A stretch of 64,000 nucleotides of DNA, from contig NW_003314332.1 in NCBI RefSeq assembly GCF_000143415.4, forward strand, positions 744,001 to 808,000, written 5' to 3'. The DNA comes from Selaginella moellendorffii. Its lineage: Eukaryota; Plantae; Lycopodiophyta. Below the pieces are notes generated by a model. The model ran no database searches. It saw only the letters and a program-made list of their open reading frames with translations, and was not told the DNA's origin. This document shows positions 48,535 to 62,667 of this stretch, one piece after another (position 1 is the stretch's first letter; the number at the start of each line of letters is the position of its first letter). A program made the position numbers and the translations under genes.

Positions 48535-50223
48535 ATGCTTGACAGGGCCAGCGAAGACAAGCTTGCTGTTGCGATTGCATCGTGCGTCCAAGTTGACACG
48601 CTGAAGCAAGTGCACTTGCGTATCTGCCAGGAGTTCCCTCGGACCCCTTACCTGTTGAACTTGGTCGTGCAAATGTACGCTAAGCTGGGCGATCTGGAGT
48701 CCGCGTATCAGACTTTTACATGTATCAAAGAGCCCAACCTTTACTCCTGGAGCCTCATGTTAGCCGCATACACTCAGCACGGACAGATGCAGCAAGCAAG
48801 GCACCTGTTCGACAAAATGCCCGAGAGAAATGTCGTCGTGTGGACATCCATGATAACAGGATACTCTCAAGCCGGGAATGTTGAGGAGGCCCGGTGCATT
48901 TTCGACGTGATGCCTGAGAGGAATATCGTGTCTTGGAGTGCCATGCTGCAGGGATACGCCCAAAATGGGCACGTTGACGAAGCTAAAGACGTGTTTGACA
49001 GAATGCCTAGGGTGAACGTCGTGTCTTGGACTGCCATGGTTCAGACTTATGCTGAGAACGGGCATCTTGTAAAGGCCAAGGTAATGTTTGACCAAATGCC
49101 CGAGCGAAATCTCATAACCTGGACTGTTATGCTTTTGGCATATGCCAATGGTGGGCTTGTGCATGAGGCAAGGGTGACGCTGGAGAGGATGCCCGAGTTC
49201 TCGTTTCTCTCTTGGAACATCATGCTTTCGGCGTATGCACAGCAAGGTGATCACAACAATGCAACGCGTACGTTTGATGCTATGCGAGAGAGGACTGTGA
49301 CCAGCTGGAACGCTCTCATTTTCTCGTGTGCTCAGAATGAGTCCATCAAGCAGGCCGAACACCTCTTCGAAACGATGCCCGAGAGAAGCCTGGTGTCTTG
49401 GACCTCAATGATTTCGGCATACGTAAGTGTTGGTTGCTTGGAGGGATCGAAGTGCGTCTTTGACCGTATGCCGGAGCGGGATATAGTCGCTTACAACACC
49501 ATCCTGCAGGCGTATGTCCAGTCGGGGCATTTGGACTATGCAGAGACATTGTGTGAGAAAATGGCGAGGCACGACGTTGTAACGTGGACAACTATGATGG
49601 TAGGCTACGCCAAAGACATGAACCTGTGTGCGTGCAAGGCTATGTTCTACCTCCTGCCAGACCGCAACTGCATGTCGTGGAACGCTGTTCTTGCAGCCAT
49701 TGCCCAGAACGGGCATCTGGTAGCTGCGAGGCAAATGTTTCAAGAGATGCCAGAGCGTAACATTGCCTCCTGGAACACTATGATCGCCGCCTCCTCGCAT
49801 GCTGGACAACCCGCCGCAGCAGTAATGCTCTTCCACTTTCTCCAGGCGGAAGGCCTTGCTCCTTCGGACATATCATTCACGAGCCTCTTGCATGCCACAA
49901 GCCACGGGGGTGACTTGTCCGAAGGCTTGCTATACTTCAGGTCGATGGTTGCTGATTATGGTCAATCGCCTCTGAGAGATCACTTTTGTAACATGGTCGA
50001 CATCCTTGGACGAGCCGGCTACACTCAAGAAGCCGAGGAACTTGTTAACTGCATGCCATTCCTTCCGAAAGAGGTGGAATGGGGAGCCTTGCTTGGTGCC
50101 TGTAGGATCCACATTGATGTCACCCCTGCCGCTCGAGCAGCCGAGCATATTCTCGAGCTGGATCCAGACCACGGCTCCGCGCGTCTCTTGCTGGAAAGCA
50201 TCTACGCCGGTCTGCGAGATTAG
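48535..50223 (+). CDS. PLS-E PPR protein (S-repeat rich)
   Basis: MPERNxxSW repeats, DHFCNMVDILGRAG and WGALLGACRIH. Confidence 0.92.
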   Translation: MLDRASEDKLAVAIASCVQVDTLKQVHLRICQEFPRTPYLLNLVVQMYAKLGDLESAYQTFTCIKEPNLYSWSLMLAAYTQHGQMQQARHLFDKMPERNVVVWTSMITGYSQAGNVEEARCIFDVMPERNIVSWSAMLQGYAQNGHVDEAKDVFDRMPRVNVVSWTAMVQTYAENGHLVKAKVMFDQMPERNLITWTVMLLAYANGGLVHEARVTLERMPEFSFLSWNIMLSAYAQQGDHNNATRTFDAMRERTVTSWNALIFSCAQNESIKQAEHLFETMPERSLVSWTSMISAYVSVGCLEGSKCVFDRMPERDIVAYNTILQAYVQSGHLDYAETLCEKMARHDVVTWTTMMVGYAKDMNLCACKAMFYLLPDRNCMSWNAVLAAIAQNGHLVAARQMFQEMPERNIASWNTMIAASSHAGQPAAAVMLFHFLQAEGLAPSDISFTSLLHATSHGGDLSEGLLYFRSMVADYGQSPLRDHFCNMVDILGRAGYTQEAEELVNCMPFLPKEVEWGALLGACRIHIDVTPAARAAEHILELDPDHGSARLLLESIYAGLRD

Positions 50224-50352
50224 TGTACTCTACGTACCTACTGTACTGCACACTGTGCCCTGAATGGAAGGAAGGTGGCTCATGCCAGATGCATGGTGTT
50301 TGTGCGTCTCTTTCTTGTGCCAACGCAGGGCTTGCTCGAGTGTGCCTTTGTG

Positions 50353-50360
50353 TATATAAA
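50353..50360 (+). promoter_or_regulatory. TATA box of the nsLTP gene
   Basis: TATATAAA about 70 bp upstream of the ATG. Confidence 0.6.
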
Positions 50361-50427
50361 GCTCACATTTGATCGCCATAAACATCCGCCCGTCTCGCTT
50401 TCTCTCCTGTGTCATCTTTTACCACCC

Positions 50428-50748
50428 ATGGAGGCGCCTCTCAAGTTTCTTAGCTTCGCTGCCATCGTAGCCTTTCTGGTGGCAACAACGGCACCAAGCG
50501 TCGTGGATGGTGCGACGTGCACCTTCGAGTCCACATTGCCCGACCTTGCCGACTGCCGCCCCTACGTATCGACTGGGAGCACCCAGACCGATCCCACCGC
50601 CGCCTGCTGCTCCGAGCTCCGCAATGTCGGCCACTCCTGCCTCTGCGATCTTCTCAGAGACACCAAGGTTCCCTCGGACATTGATATCAACAGGGCCGTT
50701 GCACTGCCTGGCAAATGCAGCCTTCCCGGCGCCGATTCCTGCAGCTAA
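50428..50748 (+). CDS. Non-specific lipid transfer protein (8-Cys motif)
   Basis: Signal peptide and C-C-CC-CxC-C-C pattern. Probable 3'UTR intron 50771-50819. Confidence 0.92.
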   Translation: MEAPLKFLSFAAIVAFLVATTAPSVVDGATCTFESTLPDLADCRPYVSTGSTQTDPTAACCSELRNVGHSCLCDLLRDTKVPSDIDINRAVALPGKCSLPGADSCS

Positions 50749-51100
50749 GCATGGACGCTGACGACACGAGGTAAACTTCTCTGTGGTCATACCTGGGTTA
50801 CCTCACGCATTTCTTGCAGGGTGCCATGCGTCCCTTTTGTTTCAGAAAATAAGTCACAGTAGTTTTGCGTTCTCACAATAATTGTCTGGTGACCGTTGAC
50901 ACCGTATGTTTTTTTCCTTTAACTGAGGCGCTGATTATCAAGTTTTTATCATGTTTTTTTGAGCGTGGGGTGGGGATAAGATATGTAGGCTTTAAATTTA
51001 GCTCTCCCCTGTATTAAAACTCTCCGGCTCGCCCCTTTCGCCTTCCAGAAGGAACAAGCCACCAGGTACAGAGAACGACTAACTGTGTTCAGGTGCAGGG

Positions 51101-51281
51101 ATGGAGCGATCATCGTTGATTGTCGCGTTTGGCGAGATGTTGATTGATTTTGTTCCCACTGTTGGTGGATTGTCGCTAGCGGATGCCCCGGCCTTCAAGA
51201 AGGCGCCAGGTGGCGCGCCAGCCAACGTTGCTGTGGCCGTGTCCCGCCTTGGTGGGCACTCGGCATTCATCGGGAAGGTGT

Positions 51282-51322
<41 letters not shown>

Positions 51323-52487
51323 GTTGGTTCCTGTTTTCAACTCCCTTGCGGATCCTGAATCAGGTTGGCGAGGATGAGTTTGGGTATATGCTGGCCGAGA
51401 TACTCAAGCAGAACAAGGTTGAGGACAGGGGCATGAGGTTCGACCCCCATGCTCGCACGGCCCTCGCCTTCGTTACGCTGAAAGAAGATGGGGAGAGGGA
51501 GTTTATGTTCTACAGGAATCCAAGTGCTGATATGCTTCTCAGGCCTGATGAGCTCGACGAGGAGCTTATTAGCAAGGTGAGTGAGGCATGACTTCAGCTG
51601 GCTGACTATTTTGATGGCTAGGCGTCGGTGCTCCACTATGGGTCCATCAGCCTCATCTCGGAGCCATGCAGATCGGCACACCTGGCAGCCATGGACGTGG
51701 CAAGCAAAGCAGGCGTGCTACTGTCATACGATCCCAATTTGAGGCTGCCACTGTGGCCTTCGGCTGAGGAAGCTCGCAAAGGAATCTTAAGCATATGGGA
51801 CAGGGCCGATCTCATCAAGGTAAATCTAACAATTTCAAGTAAGCAAGTATTACAAGTGTTACAGGTGAGTGAAGAGGAGCTCCAGTTTCTGACTGGCAAA
51901 GATCCATTTTCGGACGAAGCAGCCCTGTCCGTATGGCATTCAAACCTCAAGCTCTTACTCGTAACTGAGGGTCATCGGGGTTGCCGCTACTATACGAGCG
52001 TAAGCAGTTCCGTCCTGGGATCATACACTCATACATGTTTATAACAGGATTTCCACGGGAGAGTGGACGGTATCAAAGTGCAAGCCGTAGACACCACCGG
52101 TGCTGGGGATGCCTTCGTGGGAGGCCTTCTGAGCCAGCTTGTGGGCGATTTGTCGCTCTACAAGGTATGCATATATGTAGCCTCAGGACATGCATGATGT
52201 GTGTGGGCTTTCCAACAGGACGAGCAGAGATTGAGAGCAGCTCTCAAGTTTGCCAATGCATGCGGAGCAATAACGACGACGGAAAGAGGTGCAATCCCTG
52301 CATTGCCTGACAGGGACACGGTGCTGCGGCTCATAGGTACGCTCTTTTTATCATTCCCTGCAGTAACAAACAAATTGACGCAGACGAGATCCCCAAATCT
52401 CGGATGCCCCGGGCGCCTTCGTGGTCCAACATCACGCGCTGGCGACTTGAAGATCACGAGCACGAGGGAGCAGTTCCAGCAGCGTGA
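51101..52487 (+). CDS. FRK: Fructokinase (pfkB family)
   Basis: [40 protein letters not shown] and [10 protein letters not shown]. The last exon is uncertain (stop 52487 or 52521). Confidence 0.95.
51286..51318. repeat. (CT)n microsatellite in an intron
   Basis: Direct observation. Confidence 0.9.
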
Positions 52488-52597
52488 ATCCAATCATATG
52501 ATCACTATGCTCCAATTGTGAATAAACGGAGGATGAATCCCGTATCAAGACTAATTCTTCTTTTCCAATCTGAGTAAAGCACACATATCACAAGAGA

Positions 52598-52843
52598 TCA
52601 CACGAGCCTCGAGTACTCCCAAAGGATCTGGACTAGCCTCCGGAACTCGGCAATAACGAAGTCGAGCCTGTGGCGTCTCCACAGGCAGAAGAAGAGAATG
52701 CAGCCCAGGAGCAGGATGAGACAGACGGCTAGCACCACCGTCCCAACCCAGGCCGCTGTGGACGGGGCAGAGAGGGAGAGGAGAGAGGATCCTGCATTCT
52801 CGAGCCCCGGAAGCTCCCACATGACCATGGCGCTGAAGGACAT
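52598..52843 (-). CDS. Possible small single-pass membrane protein
   Basis: Hydrophobic stretch WVGTVVLAVCLILLLGCILFFCLW followed by RRHR. No recognised homology. Confidence 0.35.
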   Translation of the reverse strand: MSFSAMVMWELPGLENAGSSLLSLSAPSTAAWVGTVVLAVCLILLLGCILFFCLWRRHRLDFVIAEFRRLVQILWEYSRLV

Positions 52844-53160
52844 ATATAATTTTTAGGGCGGGGCGGACATTAGAATCGAACCTTGGCTTGAAATTGAGTG
52901 CCCTGGGTGGACTTTCCTTCCGACTTGTTCACTTTGTAGCTATGGTGGCTTTGTCCAGGAGCTGCTGGGAAATGCCCCAGGCTACCTAGGGTTTGCGCCA
53001 TGCCCAAAGGCGCAGCTCACTTGAGCTGCTACGAGGTAGGTAAAAGATTGATTGCTTCTCTCCTTCGACGAGCCCCTCTTAGATTTGGCATTTTTGTCGT
53101 ATTTCTTCACATCATTCATCCAGTGATTTTTAACTCTAGTTTGATGGCAAGGGATGAGAC

Positions 53161-55108
53161 ATGTCCACTAGGACAAGACACTGGGACTCCCTCCGGGCAA
53201 AGCTCCATGCTGCTTGTTTGCTAGACGAGACGGGTCTCGATCCAAAGTCCCGTGAAGGCTTGCTTGCCAAGGTGAATCCAGATTTCTGACAAACACGGCC
53301 GCGATTCGATATATAATTGTAGCTGGCAGGATTGCTGCTGTTCCAGTGAAATGGAGTGTGGACATACACAAGATACATCTCGGCTGGAAGCACGTAACAG
53401 ATGGAGGCGGCTCAAGAACACAGTGGCTTTTGCGGCTGCCATCAAATCCTCTCTGGCCCATGATCTGCTCGAGGACAAACTTCACGTCGATCCCGTAAAA
53501 GGCAATGACAGTGTTGCTACCGGTGCAGCAGCTCAGGCTTCGATGCCAGTTAAAGCCAAAGGAAGGAAAGGAATGGAAGGCCTTGTGGTCCAGCAAGACA
53601 GAGGTTACATGTCTTGCTTCCAAGATTTTTATGTCGCCTGCCTCAAGGTACTTCACTCGCGTAGCTTTTTTATCATAGCATGGTGCCGCACTCACCCGAA
53701 GCACGTTTTTGTCTTACGCAGCTGCCAGTCGTTCACTTCTTTATTGGAGTTTTCCTGGCTCCAGTTGCTTTGGCCTCGATCTTCACGCCACTCTATCTAT
53801 CGGATGCCAAGGGGCTCAAGCTCGTCGAGTCGCAAGAAGCGGGTTCGTCGTGCGACTCATCCAAGATATGGAGCTGCTTGAATGTTTTTCTCTACTCGTA
53901 CGTACGTATATCAGATGTGGCCATGCTACTTAGTGGCTCTTTGCAGGCTATCCTTGTCAACAACCTTCGGTGGCTCGCCAATCTCTGCAATCTCGCCATT
54001 CTGTCTACTTGTTGCGAATCTTCACACGCTCATGGCTCAGTTCTTGTTTGTGTTTCTGAGTGGTGCCGGTAAGACGGTAGAGATGGCTGAAATTCGGTCT
54101 CGTAGCTCATGTCGTGAGAGGTTGCTGTTTGGTGCAGTTTTCGCTCGTATGTCACAGCCAGCGCATCCCATAAGGTGCTCCAAGAAAGCCATAATAAAAA
54201 ACAATGACTTCGGGACATCAGATGACGAAGATGGCAGATCCAAGTATAAAGGATTCATCTCTCCTGCGCCCTCTTGACTCACTCGTCGTGCGTTTTGTGT
54301 GTCACGCAGAGTCTTTGTTATACGGCTGGTACTGACGGGGCCTCCTCCCTGCGAGCTCGTGGATGCAAAGATACGCCTCACATTTCGCATTTATGTGAGG
54401 CTGCCGTCCGGGTCGATGTTCTGCTCGACACAGGATTTGGACCTGGTGCGTTCAGAAGTACGTACACACGCACATATATACGTCTGGACTTGGGTTACCT
54501 GAGCTTAGTGATCTCATCTAACATTGTCGTCTAAGCGGTGCAGGTTGCATACCTAAGATATGGACTGACAGTACGCCACGTAATAAACTCCAAGAGTCCG
54601 ATTAGCGGGCACACTTTGGACACTCTTGCTCAGGGAGATGCGTCCTTCTCGCTGACGATAATGGGTGTGGAGCGCAGCTCCATGCAGCCCATCTTCCATG
54701 TGGAGGTGAGCCTTGACTTCTCCACACCAGTTTAATCCGAGGCCAAGTGTGGTGTGTGACAGGATTACTTCATATGTGATGGAGACGTGATATGGGATGG
54801 GGAGTACCTCGACTTCGTAGGAGTGAACGACAAGGGCCTGAGAGTACTAGACCATTCCAAGATAGACATGTTGAAACCATTCAAGGTTCTCTCTCTCTTG
54901 ATAGTTTTCACTCCTGAAGAGATTTCCTTCTCAGGTGGCGGGAGTTGTAACACAAGCCATAGCAAGAATGGAAGGCGAAGTTGCAAGACACAAAGCTGAA
55001 GCGGATCTAAAGGAAGAGAAAAACCACGAACCACTTTCGGAATCAGATTGGAAGACAAGCGGTGTGAGAATCAGGAAACTATGGAAAACAATATCTGGTT
55101 CGAAGTAA
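53161..55108 (+). CDS. Inward-rectifier (Kir/IRK) family channel with atypical filter
   Basis: Nine exons: 53161-53271, 53330-53647, 53722-53897, 53947-54068, 54138-54243, 54310-54457, 54544-54705, 54763-54885, 54935-55108. Slide helix FQDFY, M1, FLYSLSLSTTFGGS, M2 ending GAVFARMSQP...CSKKAII, and cytoplasmic LTVRHVINSKSPI...LTIMGVE...DVIWDGEY. Confidence 0.85.
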
Positions 55109-55136
55109 AATAGAAAATAATTTCTAGCAGCCTGGG

Positions 55137-55149
55137 TAGGGTTTGGGCC
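55137..55149. promoter_or_regulatory. Telo-box plus site II motif
   Basis: TAGGGTTT 55137-55144 and TGGGCC 55144-55149. Confidence 0.5.
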
Positions 55150-55537
55150 ATGGGGAAGAGCAGGAAGCGGCAAGCGGCAAAGCGGATGATGGACATTGAC
55201 CATGATCAAGGTAAACAAACATCCATCTATTTCTTCTCCATTGTTCCGATGCTGCTCCTGAATAGAGGCACAGGGCATGGATGTAGACGAGCCCAAATCC
55301 ACATCCAACCCACCCAATGGGTAGGTGTTATTTGTTTTCTTGAAGCTGCCCAATGCTCTCTTGCACGGCAGGCTGTCCAAGGAATCCAAATTGATCGCAA
55401 AGCGGCGTCGTGCCGTGAATGTACGCAAGAAGGCGGCGGCTGACAAGGCGCTGGCGATGCTGGAGAAGAAACAGCAAAAGGCTCAGACGGATCTGGCAAA
55501 GGTGTGTCGCAAGAATCTACTCAAGAAGCTGTACTAG
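55150..55537 (+). CDS. Small basic protein (possible ribosome-biogenesis/Alb1-like)
   Basis: Three exons with GT-AG introns: MGKSRKR...MDVDEP...NVRKKAAADKALA...LKKLY. Confidence 0.65.
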
Positions 55538-55561
55538 GTAGTGGAAAGAGGTAGGGTTGCA

Positions 55562-55933
55562 ATGGAGAGTCATCATGCCCGGCTGCTAGCCTTCGATTTT
55601 GTGAGGAAACAGGTTGGCCGTCGTGTAGAGATGGTGGGGGTGGCGGTGAGCGTGGAGCGCAAGCCCAAGTACGTGCGCTTTGCTGTGGACGACGGCACGG
55701 GCTGCATATCTTGCATCTTGTGGACCAACCAGAGTGGCGCCCCCCAGCAGCAGGCAGCGGCAGACATGGCGCGGCTTGTCACTCTGGGGGGCCTGCTCGC
55801 GGTGCACGGCCGCGTCTCCCGCTACCACCACCACCCGCAGCTCACCGTTTCGTCTCTCCTGCCACAGCCGGATGCCAATGCCGAGGTTTACCACTGGATG
55901 GAGTGTATCAAGCTTGCGCTAGATTGCTATTAG
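55562..55933 (+). CDS. STN1: CST complex subunit STN1 (single OB fold)
   Basis: HARLLAFDF...RVEMVG...RFAVDDGTGCISCILW...DANAEVYHWMECIKLA. Intronless. Confidence 0.9.
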   Translation: MESHHARLLAFDFVRKQVGRRVEMVGVAVSVERKPKYVRFAVDDGTGCISCILWTNQSGAPQQQAAADMARLVTLGGLLAVHGRVSRYHHHPQLTVSSLLPQPDANAEVYHWMECIKLALDCY

Positions 55934-56084
55934 TTCTCCAAATTGTGGCCCTCCCTGTTAAATACAAGTTAGCCTAAAGGGAAACGATAAAAAGGCGCTG
56001 CGCAGGGCAAGAGGGCGAGGGATTGATAGCCCTCTGAATCCCATGTCCAGTTGATCCATAGCATATAACAAGGTAGAGCAATCC

Positions 56085-58105
<2,021 letters not shown>

Positions 58106-58446
58106 AGTGAATTAAAACAAATTGCAACTCAAGTGATTTCTTGATATACCTTAGTGCTATGTTGAGAAGCATATTACATTGAATGTAACTACTAGAGTAG
58201 CCACTCATTCTCCACATAACACTTATATGGGCTTGATAAGGTGGGGTTGCTAAGTTTTAATTTTCTTCTTTATTTTAAAAAATATTTTTGCTTTTGTTTG
58301 ATATTTTAGAAATCTTGGACTTAGCCCAAAAATTTTAGTTTATATATAGGAGTGAGTGATCTAAATTGAAACTAATTTAATGATTATTAAAATTCCATTA
58401 TGCTAATATTAGTATACAGCATCATAACTGTACACTTGAACCTCAC

Positions 58447-61048
58447 ACCATCCCTTCCTTTCAAAAGGATAGAATGCAGTTAAGGTTCTTTGGTTGATAG
58501 GATAAGATTTAATGGATTTGTAGGTGGTGTTAATTATTTTTAATCTCTTTGTATGAAGTGTTTTAGTTGCTGTATATGCACAAGTTTTGGAGGATTGATC
58601 TGTTGAATGTTATACTGAACCTCATAAACTTGTGGTCTAACTTGTTATAACACCTAATATAGTCCCTTCCATTGAGCAAGGAGCCCTTTAAATAAACCAT
58701 GTACCATAAGATTAAGAAAATAGATTAACACTAAGTCATCTATTTTGTACTCCGTAAGTAGACGATGATAGGAGTTGTCGTATTGTTGTTGTCCCACTTA
58801 TACGTTGCCCAAGTGTTTAGTAAACTCCACTCAGACAAGTGGAAGAATATTTATTAAATATTGATCCCAAGACCTAGCATCGACAGTTCGTAGTAATTAT
58901 GAAAGTAAACTTAACTTTGTTGGCAGTATCATATCATGATAATATAGGAGTTTATATAGTGAAACACTAACTAAATTTAGTATCTTTATTACATATGCAT
59001 ACTAAAGAGATGACAAATAACCATCTTAATCGAAATGCTGAAAATTCACGTAATTTGCAATCATCTTTGAATAAGCCATTCCACCAAGCCATTTATTTAT
59101 GGATGATAAACACTCGTGAAAGTGTGGCATATCCCTTAACTAAAACATTAAAATGTAAAATGCCTCAACTATAAATATGGGACCATTATCCAAAAGAATT
59201 TGCTCCAAACAAAAATATTGACATTATAATGAGAATTTCTTTGTAGCCAATCCTCCTTTTTGTTCTTTAGTTTTTGGTTTGAGGAGAAAGTATTTAATAG
59301 CACTTGCAAACACACTAACAAAAGCACAGACTTCCACCACACAAGTTAAATAGTCAAAGGCAATAATAATATATTAACTGTTAGTAGTCAACCATGGGAA
59401 ATGCCCCATCAAATCAAATGCCACCAAACAAGAAATTGCAATTGACTCCAATTGTCCTTCCATAACATGAGGGGAGTATTACGAGTTTAGCACCAAACAC
59501 AACTATACAACAACTAGATATTATCACATCACATCTTTGGCTAATAGAAAGACTTATACAACTTTTTAGTCATCTATTGATGTCGTATATGCCTACTTAG
59601 AATAAAAGAGTCATGATAAGTATGGAAAAAGCATGCAATAAATATCAAAGGCACCACTAACTATAAATGATCATCCCTTGTTAGCACCTTCATCAACATG
59701 TTTGCTAACTTAAGGTTGAGATGTAGATTTGAGAGAACATTTTGAAGCACTTGGAGTCTTTCCATCGAGCTGAGATACTCAACATCAGCTATAGAACTCC
59801 TCAAATGATGAACAATCGCAAAATCATATATTTGAAGCTTTAGAGCCTTATTGAATAGTATGACTAACTAAGTTCTTTTGCTTCAATAATGAAGTAATTA
59901 TAGCATGATCACCTTCTAGTAATATCTAAAAACCATATAAATATGCATAAAACTTCTCAAAACCCCAAACTTTTACTAAACACTCCTCTATTCTGGAGTA
60001 ATTTATCTTTGTTGGTTGTAATGTACGGTTGATGTATGCAATGAGATAACACTAACTAGGCACACTTAAGCTCTCTTACATCAATACACCTTCAAGATCG
60101 ATATCAAAAGCATCCACGTGTAAAATGAAGGGTTAAATGTAATTAGGATACACCAAAATTAAAGGAGTTGTCAACAACTTTTTGAGATCTATAAATGCTT
60201 ACTCATAGTCAATAGACTAGATGAAAGACAATGTTGATGACTTTAGCAATACTTATAATGGTGCAATATGAATAGAAAGATGATCAATGAAATAATTGAG
60301 ATATTGCACTTTGCTTGTATTGCACATTATTCACACACTTTGGAGTAGGGAATTTTAAAACAATTATAAATTTGTTAAGATCAATTTGCAAACTTTTATG
60401 AGAAATATAATACCCAAGATAAGTTATGTTCTTGGACCCAAATATGCATTTTGACCACTTCAACTTTAAACCAACTTTCAGCAACCGATCCAACTTCTTA
60501 CAAATATTACAGATGTACTCTTCTAAGTGGATCAAGATATCATCAATGAAGTTAGTAATCATCTCCGACATATCACAAAAAACCTTGACCATTATCTGTT
60601 GAAAAGTCATGGGAGCATTGTTTAAACCAAATGGCATCACCAAGAATTTGTACAAAAAAAATGGTATATGAAAAGGAGTCTTGGGAACATCTTCCTCAGC
60701 CATTGGCATTTGCCAGTACTCAAAAGCAAAATTTAACTTGGTGAACCAATGACTTCTTCCCAAATTATGCAAGAGACCAGCAATATGAAGAAAAGGGTGC
60801 ATATCTGGAATAATCATTTTGTATAATGGATGATAATCAATATAGAAGTGAATACTTCTATTAAGCTTCATTATAAGATAAGATTCATACACCCAAAGAC
60901 TTTGATGTGATAGACAAATCCCAGAGCCCCAAAAGTGGAGTTGAAAGGGTGCCATGTGATAATGGCCGAAGTGGAAGCTAAATAAGAGTAACATGTTTGG
61001 ATTTAAAGTTCCGACTTGAAAAGTCGAGAGTGGGAGTGAAATTGTCAA
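58447..61048 (-). mobile_element. Degenerate Ty3/Gypsy LTR retrotransposon (RT-RNaseH-integrase)
   Basis: RT VMPFGLNNAPMTFQ...FIDDILI (60284-61048), RNaseH HVDAFD/IAYINRTL (about 59980-60120), integrase remnant (about 58900-59460). Putative PPT GAAAGGAAGGGATGG 58462-58448 is followed by TG. Confidence 0.85.
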
Positions 61049-61151
61049 CGAAGTGCTTAAGGAATGAGCACGAAGTGAGCAATAAGTGAGTCTCTAGAAA
61101 ATGGATACAAAAAGACCAACACATGACACGTGGAAGTGTTAAGATAAACTT

Positions 61152-61380
61152 AAGATGGAATCTGAGATGGACCTGAAATGGAGTTTGAGATGGAGTCTAA
61201 GATGGACCCAAGATGGAGTCCTAGATGGAGTTTGAGATAAAGTTCGAGATGGACCTGAGATGGAGTTTGAGATGGACCCAAGATGGAGTCCAAGATGGAA
61301 CTGAAACCGAGACCAAGACTGAGATTGAGACTAAGATTGAGACTAAGACCAAGATCGAGACTAAGACCAAGTCCGAGTCC
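61152..61380. repeat. Tandem array of 12-bp (GAGATGGAnnnn) units grading into 6-bp (GAGACT/AAGACC) units
   Basis: Direct observation. Confidence 0.9.
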
Positions 61381-62309
61381 AATTCTGAATACTAATACAA
61401 GCTATTGGGTGAAAGCCCAAAGTGATCATCCCTTGGGGGGGGGGGGTATAGGGGGTTCCAAAAGTATAGTAGGGAGAGTGTGGGGGTTGGATTCTAGTGG
61501 AACCAATTTGGGTAGGAAAGGTCAATTTAGCCTAGGAAGGTTATACCCATGTGTTGAGTGATGATAAGAAGTACAATTTAATAGAGTTAAAATGGTATAT
61601 ACCATTGAATTCCATTCTTTTTTCTAATCATGACTATGTGAGTTTTGATGCGAGCCTTTTTACTGCCATCCGCCTTTGGGTGCCCTAGCCAGGTGGCTAG
61701 AACGAGGTTCCAATGAGCCACGCCAAATATCCAAATAGGTAGTGCCACCCACACTTGGACCGGGAGCATTGACTATTCAATCTCTCGGGGGAGCTAAAGC
61801 TACCTCTTGAACAGTTCACTAAGCTACCCCACTTGTCTATCTATATTCACTTTAGCTTTGGACTTCCCAGTGGTTATCTTGCTACAAAGCATAATGTTAC
61901 CAAAAAAAGGCATAAAGTTCACCTTTCTAGAAAAGTACAATAACTAGGACATCCTATTTAGGGTTTAAGATGTCCCCCAAGCTTGTGAAGCATGTAAGGC
62001 AACTTAAAAATGAGGGGGGCCCTTTGACAAGCATCACTGAAGCAGCAGAAGTGTGCAAGGAGAGCTTGATGTCACTAGTAGTAGGAGATGCTGGAGACGC
62101 AGTGTTGGAAGAATGAGATCAAGTATCCCCAGGCACAGAGGTGGTGCTAGAATAGCATGCACATGGTGTGGAATCACTCAGCCGTGCTTTGGACGTATCT
62201 CTGGAGCTTGCTGTGGATGTATGAGTTTCTGGGCCCATGGATTCTAGGTATGTCCCAGCCACCCCAAGTCACTGGTCAACGATCGGTCAACCCTCGGCCT
62301 ACTGTAAAA

Positions 62310-62667
62310 ATGGAATATTCCTGAATATTCTCTGAAAGTCAGACCGTTGACCGAGTCAACTTCGCCTATACCATTCCATTCCACATCTCTTTCCGATTGG
62401 GACTACATTTATTTCATCTCCTAACACTAGACGTGACACCTTGGAAAACATGCGAATTGTTATAATGGTGCCATCGATGACACATGCAACATCGATGACA
62501 ATGTGACTGAAGGACCTCAGGTATGCACCAGTCACTCCAGGCCACCTCCCTCTCGAGTCAACTATCGGTCAACGAGAAGTCAACGGTCAGAATAGAATAT
62601 TCTTGAATATTCCCTAACAGTCAGATTGTTGACGGAGTCAAAGCGGCATATACCATTGGATTCCACA
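62310..62667. repeat. About 75-bp direct repeat with GAATATTC palindromes (TE subterminal-like)
   Basis: 62310-62385 resembles 62592-62667. Confidence 0.75.

Noticed and set aside
61152-61380. CRISPR-like array or RL/RP-repeat protein (61283-61561)
   Set aside because: No unique spacers, eukaryotic context, and the ORF is just the translated simple repeat.
62310-62615. GAATATTC as P1BS phosphate elements (also 23335 and 23378)
   Set aside because: They are part of TE-like repeats with no Pi-related gene downstream.
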